A stretch of DNA of 64,000 nt. Source: an uncultured Gammaproteobacteria bacterium. Its GTDB lineage: Bacteria; Patescibacteriota; Microgenomatia; Levybacterales; GWA1-39-11. Below, piece by piece: positions 8,732 to 16,487 of this stretch. Position 1 is the first letter of the stretch, and the number at the start of each line of letters is the position of its first letter. The translations under genes and the position numbers were made by a program. The notes under the pieces were generated by a model. It was not told the origin of the DNA, ran no database searches, and saw only the letters and a program-made list of their open reading frames with translations. Where the stretch lies: positions 68,882 to 132,881 of the forward strand of contig CAZHDZ010000001.1 in NCBI GenBank assembly GCA_964531275.1, written 5' to 3'.

Positions 8732-10168
8732 TTGATGAGAAATATTCTTGTATTTATCATCTGCCTGACATTATTCCTCTCTTTGTGCATTGGGTTTGAT
8801 TTGTCACCTTATTTAAGGGGACCTGCTCCTTACCCACCAGATTGGCGCTGGGATTATCTATTTGTAAATACCTATGACAAAATATGGTTTCCCCTCGTAG
8901 TCACATTAGTCGCTCTTTTTGCATACATAAAACTTGATGGCAGTAGAAAAAAATGGTCACTTACAAAAGAGGTAAAGACAATTTTAATACTAATTGTCAT
9001 CTCAGTAGTCTTTCAGTTTGCAGTACTTTATTTTAACAGAGCTGGAATCTCAGTACTTCTTCATAGGATAATTAATCCTGATTTGAATGGATATTTTTCA
9101 TCAAGTCTAAGGATAAATGATCTTGGTGCTTTTTTTAGAAATTTTAATGATATTGTCTTAACATTAGATCAGCATGCGCAAGGGCATCCTCCATTTTCTA
9201 TTCTTCTTTTTTGGTTGATAAACAAATTCTTCTTAATAACACCTTTTCTTTATGAAATAGTAGAAAAGATTAATCCTTCACGTGGTGACGTTTTGCAAAT
9301 GTGGAAAGCTCTTCTACCAAATGAAAAATTGGGAGCTCTTTTTTCCACGGTACTTATACCATTCTTGACCTCGTTGATTATTTACCCACTTTATAAAATT
9401 TCTAAGAAATTATATGGGAGAAGTGTGGCATTAAGAACTGGATTCTCATATATATTTATTCCAGGAGTTGTTCTTTTTGTACCTATAAATGATGTTTTTA
9501 TTTCACTATTCCCTCTCTTTTCGTTTTGGATATTTATTGAGGCTATTAGTAGAAGCAGTAAAAAACTGTTCATTCTTTCTGGATTACTATTTTCGGTTGG
9601 GCTTTTCTTTAGTCTTTCTCTTCTTCCATTGCTTGTTGTATTTGTTATGTACAGTGTTCCTTTTCTTTGGAGAAAGTCAGAACTGGTTGGATTTGGCTTT
9701 TTACTTAGTGGTTTTGGATTGTTAGTGATACCGGTTCTATTAAGCTTCTTTGGATTCAATTCAGTTCAAGTTCTTTTTACAATCATGTCCGGGCTTCCTG
9801 AGAATAGGTATTACTTTCCATGGGTATTCTACAATTTATATGACTTTTTTATATTCTTTGGAATTGGATTTAGTTTCATCTACTTCTACATGATCGGAAG
9901 TATGATCAAAAATAGAAAATTGAAAAAACTGGACCTAGTTTTTTTAGGTACATTCACCATGCTATTAGTTCTCGATCTTTCAGGATCTGTTAGGGGGGAA
10001 GTCGGTAGGATATGGATTCCTTTTATGCCCTTTCTTTTGTTGCCAGTTATTAATTTTGTATCAACTAAAAAAGGTCTTAATTTTTCAAGAAACGAATTTG
10101 TGATTTTTATACTTGCCCAATGCGCTTTGCTACTTGTCGTGAATGAATATTGGGTTACCTTGTGGTAA
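8732..10168 (+). CDS. polytopic integral membrane protein, function unknown (possibly GT-C-like)
   Basis: >10 predicted hydrophobic helices across 478 aa; no soluble catalytic motif seen. Confidence 0.4.
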   Translation: MMRNILVFIICLTLFLSLCIGFDLSPYLRGPAPYPPDWRWDYLFVNTYDKIWFPLVVTLVALFAYIKLDGSRKKWSLTKEVKTILILIVISVVFQFAVLYFNRAGISVLLHRIINPDLNGYFSSSLRINDLGAFFRNFNDIVLTLDQHAQGHPPFSILLFWLINKFFLITPFLYEIVEKINPSRGDVLQMWKALLPNEKLGALFSTVLIPFLTSLIIYPLYKISKKLYGRSVALRTGFSYIFIPGVVLFVPINDVFISLFPLFSFWIFIEAISRSSKKLFILSGLLFSVGLFFSLSLLPLLVVFVMYSVPFLWRKSELVGFGFLLSGFGLLVIPVLLSFFGFNSVQVLFTIMSGLPENRYYFPWVFYNLYDFFIFFGIGFSFIYFYMIGSMIKNRKLKKLDLVFLGTFTMLLVLDLSGSVRGEVGRIWIPFMPFLLLPVINFVSTKKGLNFSRNEFVIFILAQCALLLVVNEYWVTLW

Positions 10169-10192
10169 GGAATTTGACATACCTTTCACCTC

Positions 10193-10654
10193 GTGTACAA
10201 TATGCATTGGCCTATGAGAATACTAAAAATTATTGCAATTTCTTGTTTCCTTATACTTTTAAGCACCAACTCTGCCTTTGCAGCTGACGTCTTAATTAAA
10301 GGAAAGATAATTGATGCAAAGGAGCAGCCAGTAGGGCTTAGCTCTATTAAGTTTATAAATCAACAGGGGCAAAGTGTAGCAGATACTTCAACGGATTCAA
10401 ATGGTGCTTATTCCGTAATTATTTCTCAAGGAACCTACACAATTGAGGCGTCCGGACCTGCCGACAGTAAATTTAAAACTACAACCTTGAAAGACCAGGC
10501 TCTAAATAGTGATACAGACAAAAATATAATACTTTCAACGGGTTCTCTTCCAGCAATAGGGTCATTACCTTGGATTCCTATTTTAATAGTTGCAGCAATT
10601 ATCGTTGTAATTATTATCTTTTTTGCAGTCAGACGACGTGGTTCCTCCCTTTAG
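10193..10654 (+). CDS. secreted carboxypeptidase-regulatory-like (transthyretin-like) domain protein with C-terminal membrane anchor
   Basis: Signal peptide (…STNSAFA/AD), beta-sandwich pattern GKIIDAKEQPVGLSSIKFINQQGQ…TDSNGAYSV…GTYTIEASG, then C-terminal TM + RRRG tail. Confidence 0.45.
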   Translation: MYNMHWPMRILKIIAISCFLILLSTNSAFAADVLIKGKIIDAKEQPVGLSSIKFINQQGQSVADTSTDSNGAYSVIISQGTYTIEASGPADSKFKTTTLKDQALNSDTDKNIILSTGSLPAIGSLPWIPILIVAAIIVVIIIFFAVRRRGSSL

Positions 10655-10704
10655 TATTTGTTGACTTCGCTTTTCCCACATGAAACAATCAATTAATTGA
10701 TGTT

Positions 10705-11175
10705 ATGAAAGTAAAAGCTGTTGTCTTTATTTTAGTTTCAATTCTTTTCCTAAACCTTGCAAATGTATCGCTTGCTCAAGAAGCTAAGGTTAGCGGTAAA
10801 GTTGTGGATAGCCAAGGTAGCCCTATTGCAAACAGCAAGGTTAAAGTTACAAATACGGACGGCAAAATCGTTACTGTCGTGACAGACATGGAAGGTACTT
10901 ACACCCTAACAGTTCCGTCTGGTACATATTCAATCGAAGTAGATGGTGCACAAGGCAGCAGTCTTCCTTCAATAAAAACCGCAGGTCAGATCATCTCAGG
11001 TGATACTGTTAAGGATTTTACAATAGAAACAGGTTCTCAAGCTGTAACTGAAGATAAAGCCTCGGGAAAGAATAATACAATCATTTATATACTATTGGGA
11101 GTTTTAATTTTGATCGGGACATTCGGGGTGTATCTTTATATGAAGAATTATAAGAAAAAGAGTTCTATCTCCTAG
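10705..11175 (+). CDS. secreted carboxypeptidase-regulatory-like domain protein with C-terminal membrane anchor (paralogue of preceding gene)
   Basis: Signal peptide (…VSLA/QE), SGKVVDSQGSPIANSKVKVTNTDGK…TDMEGTYTLTVPSGTYSIEVDG, C-terminal TM + KNYKKK tail. Confidence 0.45.
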   Translation: MKVKAVVFILVSILFLNLANVSLAQEAKVSGKVVDSQGSPIANSKVKVTNTDGKIVTVVTDMEGTYTLTVPSGTYSIEVDGAQGSSLPSIKTAGQIISGDTVKDFTIETGSQAVTEDKASGKNNTIIYILLGVLILIGTFGVYLYMKNYKKKSSIS

Positions 11176-14100
11176 TTATTCAGGCGGCTGCCATCCTCCG
11201 GATCTTATCTTGGTACTAAATGCTCCAAGCCAGTAGTCTACAAAATTGATAACCCCATTTTTGTCAAAATCCCAAGATGAGTTATAGACCTTTTGTTGGT
11301 ATGTGATCATATCAAAAACTGAATACCAACTAAGTGGTGGATCAACAATACCAACCTTAGTTGTGCAATCAATTATTCCAGTGTAGGTAGGCCCATTCTT
11401 TTTATCTATTGCTGATGGATTGTACCAATTTGTTATTCTCCAATATACGGTTTTTCCGCAGTTACTTTCGTAAAACACATAACCTGTTGTAAGACTGACA
11501 AATCCTACGTACTTATTGGTAATTTGTCTTAGGGCTGCGTAGCTTTGGTTAAGCGGTGCGTCTTGGGAATAGGCACTTGGAATACCAAAGGAGTTGCTTT
11601 GTTGTGTGTAGTCTCCCGAAAAGTCAGACTTTAAAGATATTTGCATATTCCATCCAGCACCACTTGGCGCAAATCCCGGATGATCGAAGAAGAATACTGC
11701 ATAGTTCTTGAAGAACTTTGTTTGATCGATCTTGTATCCCGGTACTATAGTGTCGTAGTTTATTGGTGGTGTTGTTGGATATGAAGTAGGCGTTGGTGTG
11801 GGTGTTGGAGTTCTGGTTGGGGTTGGAGATGGTGTAGGTGGATTTGTTGGACTTGCTTGCGCTATTCGAACTATTCCATTTGCCGGATTTTCAACAGTTG
11901 TTTGTCCCTGCTTTGCTACCCAGAATTGATACGGATAGTCCTGCGCAAGGAGTCCACTTTGTGGAAGAGAGATTGTTATTGGAATGCTTTTTGTTGCTCC
12001 GGCAGCCAAGGTGAAGCTTGGAGGTACTCCGGCAAGACCCCAGCCCGATGGATATCCATAACTTATTGTGTAGAAAGTAGGGGCACATGTCGGTGTGTTG
12101 TTGTTCTGGATCAAAAGGGTGTTGGAAAGTGTTGCACCAGGTGTCGCTAAAATTATTGGTTGAGAAAGCGTAACTGTCTGCATCGTATCGCAATTGGCAG
12201 CAACGGTTGGCGTTGGAGATATTGTAGAACCTGGAAGTAACACTCGAGTAGTACCATTTACAATTATCGGATCAACAGAAGGTTGTCCTGATGTTGAAAT
12301 CCAGAACTGATAATTATAATCTTGTGCAAGAAGCCCATCAGATGGAAGATAAAGTGTATAGTCGATAATATCTGTAATGCTCGGTAACAATGCACGATAC
12401 ATACCTCTTTGTAAGAGGCCCCATCCGGTGGGAATGCTATAACTCACTGTATAAAAAACAGGACCACATGTAGGAGAAGCATTACTTTTTATTGTCATCT
12501 TACTTTTAATCTTTGTTCCTGGTAAACCCAAAGTTAAAGGCTCGGACAACGTGACAGTTGGTTGTGTTATACATTCGGCAGGTATAGTTGGTGGTGGAGT
12601 AATAGTTGGTGGTGCTCCTGTTACTCTGACGATAGCGTTCAGCCAACCGACCGCTTTTACCCACCAACTAGTATATTCTGAGGATAAATAGGTACCTGCC
12701 GAAAAGTTTGCAACGTAATCTTTATTGGAAAGTCCTACTGAAGGTACATGGATTGTATATGCAAGCTCTTTCGTCTCTCCCGTGCCTAATAGAAATGGAC
12801 CTGAAGGTCCAAATCGACCAGTAGGTCCAGTAACTAACCATGTATCTGGATTTATGTTACCGGGATAAGTATAATTTATTATATATTCAATCGGTTTGCA
12901 AACACCTGTATTATTGTTCTTAAGAACAACCGTAGTTGTAACCTTTGACCCAGGGGTTGCAAGAATCGGGGCGTTATCTTTTAGCGAGATGGTGTGTTGC
13001 TGTGAGCAATTAGGATAAGCTGGGGTGGGAGTTGGCCAAGGAGTCTGAGTGAAATTACTACTACAACCCACCTGAGTATATACTGGTATCGAATTTCCTA
13101 TATAATCTTGACAATAATTTGATGTTTTATCAGACGGTGACAAAATAAAAGATCCATAACAATAAAGCTTTTCACCCTCATAACATATATTACCTAGTGA
13201 AGTGCCTAGTCTGGATACCTTTGTAACTAAATGGTGGTAAGAATCGACTGCATACCCATAAGCAGGATCAGAAGAAATAAGGATATCCCGAGGGGTTGGG
13301 GTGGGAGTCTGAGGCATAGGTGTTGGGGTGGGAGTCTGAGGCATAGGTGTTGGGGTTTGTGTTGGACTTGGAAATACGGTTGGCGTAATTCCTCCTTGAG
13401 GAAGCAAATTAGGAGTTCCCAGTCCTGTAGGGCCATCATAGCCTACACCTGCCATGCATTTGAGCATTCCACCACAGCTTCCATTTGAGCCAATATTTAC
13501 ATCTCTAAATTTATCCTGTTGGGTATATGGGAAAGCAGAACCATCAGTTCCTGATGGTATGCCTCCCTGAAGAGCAATGACTGCTGCATATAGTGGAGAG
13601 GATAGACTAGTGCCTCCAATTATCTTCCATCCTGATCTTCCAAAGCCATTTCCCGAATCATAGACAGCAGCTCCCGTATAGGGACTTGCAACAGCCGAAA
13701 CATCGGAAACTGATTTTTTCGTGCCACATCCAACCGCAGACCAGTTAGGGAGTGAAGTTTGGTAAGTTCCTGCAAGTCGTGTTGCAGAACATCCACTCCC
13801 TGCCCCATTCCATGTTTTCTCACTTGCATATGTATTGTCGGGGAAGAGCGACAATTCTGTTCCTCCTACACCTATAACTTTGGAGTGAGAAGCAGGGAAG
13901 ATTGTTCCGTACCCCCAATCCCCCGATGAAGCTGTAACTGCTATTCCGGGATGGTCGTAGAAAGACTCATATTGAGCATATGAAGGGTACTCATAGTTGC
14001 CATAACTATTGGAAATTACTGTGGCGCCCATTTGTGCCGCTCTGCTTGTTGCAGCCCCTAAATTAGTAAAATAATTATCCTCTGCTTCTACGAGCAATAT

Positions 14101-15225
14101 TTTGCATGTTTGGCATATAGCATGTGCAATTTGTACATCCATTGCTGCTTCTACTGCCCAGGTTGAGTCACGTCCTGAAGGTAGCGGACTCGTTTGGCCG
14201 TTTTGGTTAACAATGGTTAGGCATCCATTTGCTTTAGTGCATGGTGGAAGACCAAATGTTTGAGAGTAAACGGCAAGATCTGCTTCGATGGTTGGGCTAT
14301 GGAATGCAAGTATTACTGCTACTGTTTTTGGTCCAAAGGTTGTGGGAGTATCACATTGCCAATCAATGGTGTTGGCCCCAGGCGTGCAAGGCAAATTGTA
14401 TGCTTTGTGCATTTTTTCAGGTGAAAGTCCGTTTGGAGTAGCGAGGGTCGTGAGTGGAGTACCTTTGGAATCAGTTACGAGATCTGACATGCAGGATGCA
14501 GCCCCATCTTGAGGGTCGCTGCAGACGCTTATTGAAGGACGTTCAACAATTGGCATGGGTTCTTCGGGATTATTTGAGGTCGCGGACGCAAGGTCTGCAT
14601 TGGGGCTCATGATCTCAAAACATTCTTGAGCTTCATTTTTAGTGAAGTCACATATGTAGCAATTGTCGTCCCCGGGACAAGAAGGATTTTTTGCGCCATT
14701 CCTTCCATATATAGCCCTTGGATCACTTTTAAATGTAGACGACTTTGGTTTGTAGCAAAGTGCTACTGACCCACTGCATTCAGTCATGAAAATATCTTTT
14801 GCTTCACTTGAATTGACTGCTTTATTTTGAAGATCTCCACCTTTTGTTAACTCTTGGACACAAGAGGGCATTTGGCTCACTGTATCTTTAGTTGCAAGCT
14901 CATTTCTGCACGAAGAATTATCTGTCCAAGGAGTTTTCTTCTCTGTTGCATAATAATATTTTGTAGCGGATGCTAAATCTTTTGTTACCTGCTGGGCTGC
15001 AACATCTTGGGTTTTGTTAAATGATTCAAGGGGATTAATTGCTATAAGAACTATAGCAAACATAACTGCGAGAATACCCAGTACAATCAAAAGCTCAACC
15101 AAAGTAAAGCCGGTCCTCACTTTTTTCAAAAGCTTAGATCCATTTTGCCCTTTTTGCAAAAGGGTGAATCCTTTGGCAATCTTGTGCCTAATTTTATGAC
15201 GAATAACTTCTATATTTAAAAGCAT
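11176..15225 (-). CDS. type IV pilin-like (class III signal peptide) N-terminus fused to an S53 (sedolisin-family) serine peptidase, three CARDB-like repeat domains, Pro/Thr linkers and a C-terminal dockerin/EF-hand-like motif
   Basis: N-terminal prepilin motif KKVRTG/FTLVELLIVLGILAVMFAIVLIAI. The sedolisin Glu/Asp block is ...WAVEAAMDVQIAHAI. The active-site Asp region is ASSGDWG and the catalytic Ser motif is GGTSLSSPLYAAVIAL. There are PTPTPMPQTPTPTP linkers and three about 115-aa repeats, each starting C…T(V/I)(T/S)L…ATPG… and carrying the conserved motif LLAQDY(N/P)YQFW. The C-terminus carries DFDKNGVINFVDY. Confidence 0.75.
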   Translation of the reverse strand: MLLNIEVIRHKIRHKIAKGFTLLQKGQNGSKLLKKVRTGFTLVELLIVLGILAVMFAIVLIAINPLESFNKTQDVAAQQVTKDLASATKYYYATEKKTPWTDNSSCRNELATKDTVSQMPSCVQELTKGGDLQNKAVNSSEAKDIFMTECSGSVALCYKPKSSTFKSDPRAIYGRNGAKNPSCPGDDNCYICDFTKNEAQECFEIMSPNADLASATSNNPEEPMPIVERPSISVCSDPQDGAASCMSDLVTDSKGTPLTTLATPNGLSPEKMHKAYNLPCTPGANTIDWQCDTPTTFGPKTVAVILAFHSPTIEADLAVYSQTFGLPPCTKANGCLTIVNQNGQTSPLPSGRDSTWAVEAAMDVQIAHAICQTCKILLVEAEDNYFTNLGAATSRAAQMGATVISNSYGNYEYPSYAQYESFYDHPGIAVTASSGDWGYGTIFPASHSKVIGVGGTELSLFPDNTYASEKTWNGAGSGCSATRLAGTYQTSLPNWSAVGCGTKKSVSDVSAVASPYTGAAVYDSGNGFGRSGWKIIGGTSLSSPLYAAVIALQGGIPSGTDGSAFPYTQQDKFRDVNIGSNGSCGGMLKCMAGVGYDGPTGLGTPNLLPQGGITPTVFPSPTQTPTPMPQTPTPTPMPQTPTPTPRDILISSDPAYGYAVDSYHHLVTKVSRLGTSLGNICYEGEKLYCYGSFILSPSDKTSNYCQDYIGNSIPVYTQVGCSSNFTQTPWPTPTPAYPNCSQQHTISLKDNAPILATPGSKVTTTVVLKNNNTGVCKPIEYIINYTYPGNINPDTWLVTGPTGRFGPSGPFLLGTGETKELAYTIHVPSVGLSNKDYVANFSAGTYLSSEYTSWWVKAVGWLNAIVRVTGAPPTITPPPTIPAECITQPTVTLSEPLTLGLPGTKIKSKMTIKSNASPTCGPVFYTVSYSIPTGWGLLQRGMYRALLPSITDIIDYTLYLPSDGLLAQDYNYQFWISTSGQPSVDPIIVNGTTRVLLPGSTISPTPTVAANCDTMQTVTLSQPIILATPGATLSNTLLIQNNNTPTCAPTFYTISYGYPSGWGLAGVPPSFTLAAGATKSIPITISLPQSGLLAQDYPYQFWVAKQGQTTVENPANGIVRIAQASPTNPPTPSPTPTRTPTPTPTPTSYPTTPPINYDTIVPGYKIDQTKFFKNYAVFFFDHPGFAPSGAGWNMQISLKSDFSGDYTQQSNSFGIPSAYSQDAPLNQSYAALRQITNKYVGFVSLTTGYVFYESNCGKTVYWRITNWYNPSAIDKKNGPTYTGIIDCTTKVGIVDPPLSWYSVFDMITYQQKVYNSSWDFDKNGVINFVDYWLGAFSTKIRSGGWQPPE
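13296..13360. repeat. 27-bp tandem direct repeat (about 2.5 copies) inside the pilin-peptidase gene, encoding PTPTPMPQT linker units
   Basis: gttggggtgggagtctgaggcataggt appears twice back-to-back followed by a partial third copy; in frame. Confidence 0.7.
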
Positions 15226-15242
15226 ACTCTAGTATTTTTACG

Positions 15243-15272
15243 TTGACAATATTTTGAGAATATACATATAAA
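15243..15272 (+). promoter_or_regulatory. candidate sigma70-type promoter for the DUF5684 gene
   Basis: TTGACA (15243-15248), 18-nt spacer, TATAAA (15267-15272), a few nt upstream of ORF start at 15278. Confidence 0.3.
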
Positions 15273-15277
15273 TAGAG

Positions 15278-15745
15278 GTGGACTACAAAGAATTAAGTAC
15301 TTTTGACACCTCCGGTATACCAGCTGTTGATATAGGTGTAATTTGGATTATTGGTGCAATAGTTGCTGTAATATCTGTACTGGTTTTTCTGTTAATTCTT
15401 TTTGCAACTTGGAGAATATTTTCAAAAGCAGGTAGGCCGGGGTGGTATGCGTTAATACCCATTTTTAATGTTTATGTAATGCTTCAAATTGTCAAAAAAC
15501 CTACATGGTTAACGCTTCTTTTCTTTATTCCCTATGTACAGCTAATTCCGCAAATCATTATTTCGATCGAGCTTGGTAAGGCATTTGGCAAAAGTTCCGC
15601 GTTCTCCGCAATTTTTATACTCATCTTGCCTTTGGGGTACTTTATTATTGCATTTGATGATAGTAAGTATCTCTATGGGGTAAATTCAAATCCCCCCGAT
15701 CCTCTGGTTCCTCCACCAGTTACACCTCCCGATGCGTACGTTTAG
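15278..15745 (+). CDS. DUF5684-like small membrane protein
   Basis: Pattern WRIFSKAGRPGWYALIPIFNVYVMLQIV typical of the widespread DUF5684 family; Pro-rich C-terminus; apparent GTG start. Confidence 0.5.
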   Translation: MDYKELSTFDTSGIPAVDIGVIWIIGAIVAVISVLVFLLILFATWRIFSKAGRPGWYALIPIFNVYVMLQIVKKPTWLTLLFFIPYVQLIPQIIISIELGKAFGKSSAFSAIFILILPLGYFIIAFDDSKYLYGVNSNPPDPLVPPPVTPPDAYV

Positions 15746-16049
15746 TGTTGCTTTTTAATTTTAAGAACATTCTCCCGTACCCGAATACAATAATAATACC
15801 TCCGATCAAAATCCCTGAGCCAACAATTTGGATGGACAACTCTTGCTGCAAGGGGACTTTGTACGTCGCAGAGAACAGGGTGCAAATATTCTCTTTTTCC
15901 TTTACGCAGTCTCTTTTTTGGATATATCCGCCTTGCGATTGAGGCAGTAAGTAAAAATAAAGAATGATTGCAGCAATTATGCTTAGAAGCACCCAATAGA
16001 AGATAATATAAAAAGGATAATAATTGATTTTCGATGGTGTTAATTTCAT
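15720..16049 (-). CDS. small membrane protein, unknown function
   Basis: Two/three hydrophobic helices; ATGA start/stop overlap with upstream Excalibur gene suggests co-translation; alternative-frame ORF 15742..16128 considered a shadow. Confidence 0.3.
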   Translation of the reverse strand: MKLTPSKINYYPFYIIFYWVLLSIIAAIILYFYLLPQSQGGYIQKRDCVKEKENICTLFSATYKVPLQQELSIQIVGSGILIGGIIIVFGYGRMFLKLKSNTKRTHREV

Positions 16050-16312
16050 GGTAAATTCTCACATACCAAGCCATCCTTATCATTGTCCAGCTGCTTTGAA
16101 TCCGAAATGGAATACTTATAGAGAACATAGAATTCCTGAGCTTCGCTTTGGGTTATAAATAATGAGCATGTTGGTGAATCTCCATCGGAAAGGGTCGGTT
16201 TAACAAAGCGATGCTTATTGTAAGAGGGTACTAGAGCAAAAAAGTAGTAAATAGCGAGACATAACTCTGCCAAGAATGTAACAACAGCAACCCCACCAGA
16301 TAAAAATTTCAC
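16046..16312 (-). CDS. Excalibur (extracellular calcium-binding) domain protein
   Basis: C-terminal DNDKDGLVCE matches the Excalibur DxDxDGxxCE motif; N-terminal hydrophobic segment. Confidence 0.5.
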   Translation of the reverse strand: MKFLSGGVAVVTFLAELCLAIYYFFALVPSYNKHRFVKPTLSDGDSPTCSLFITQSEAQEFYVLYKYSISDSKQLDNDKDGLVCENLP

Positions 16313-16446
16313 AAATCCAAGATAGACAAAAATTATGAACTATTTATTAAATTCAGACGTTAAAATCCCTCTCGCATTCTTGATTTTTTGCAGTTATAAT
16401 TATGTAATTCATCAGCTTCTGGGGTTCGAATTTATCTTCCAAAGAA

Positions 16447-16475
16447 TTGACAGTTAGCAATTAATTTGCTAAACT
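16447..16475 (+). promoter_or_regulatory. candidate lon promoter (-35 TTGACA, 17-nt spacer, -10 TAAACT) with embedded palindromic operator TTAGCAA-TTAAT-TTGCTAA
   Basis: TTGACA 16447-16452; perfect 7-bp inverted repeat 16454-16472; -10-like TAAACT 16470-16475; AGGA RBS before ATG 16488. Confidence 0.4.
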
Positions 16476-16487
16476 GCTAAAGGAATT

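Noticed and set aside
9391-9759. Antisense and alternative-frame ORFs within the 8732..10168 membrane protein gene
   Set aside because: Embedded in a longer hydrophobic ORF; no independent support.
11857-14512. Several 60-100-aa ORFs in both orientations inside the 1349-aa gene (11857..12150, 11891..12193, 13227..13439, 13231..13488, 13620..13829, 14241..14441, 14288..14512)
   Set aside because: They are embedded in a long ORF with continuous recognisable domains; Cys/Trp/Arg-rich translations are typical of out-of-frame reading.
15742-16128. 128-aa ORF overlapping 15720..16049 in another frame
   Set aside because: The 15720..16049 frame gives a plausible membrane protein with an ATGA overlap to the upstream Excalibur gene. 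The alternative frame overlaps both neighbours and looks like a frame shadow.
16454-16472. Calling the lon-promoter palindrome a bona fide CIRCE element
   Set aside because: CIRCE is 9-bp arms with a 9-nt spacer. Here only the outer TTAGCA/TGCTAA hexamers match and the geometry differs. It is kept as a CIRCE-like operator candidate, not as CIRCE.
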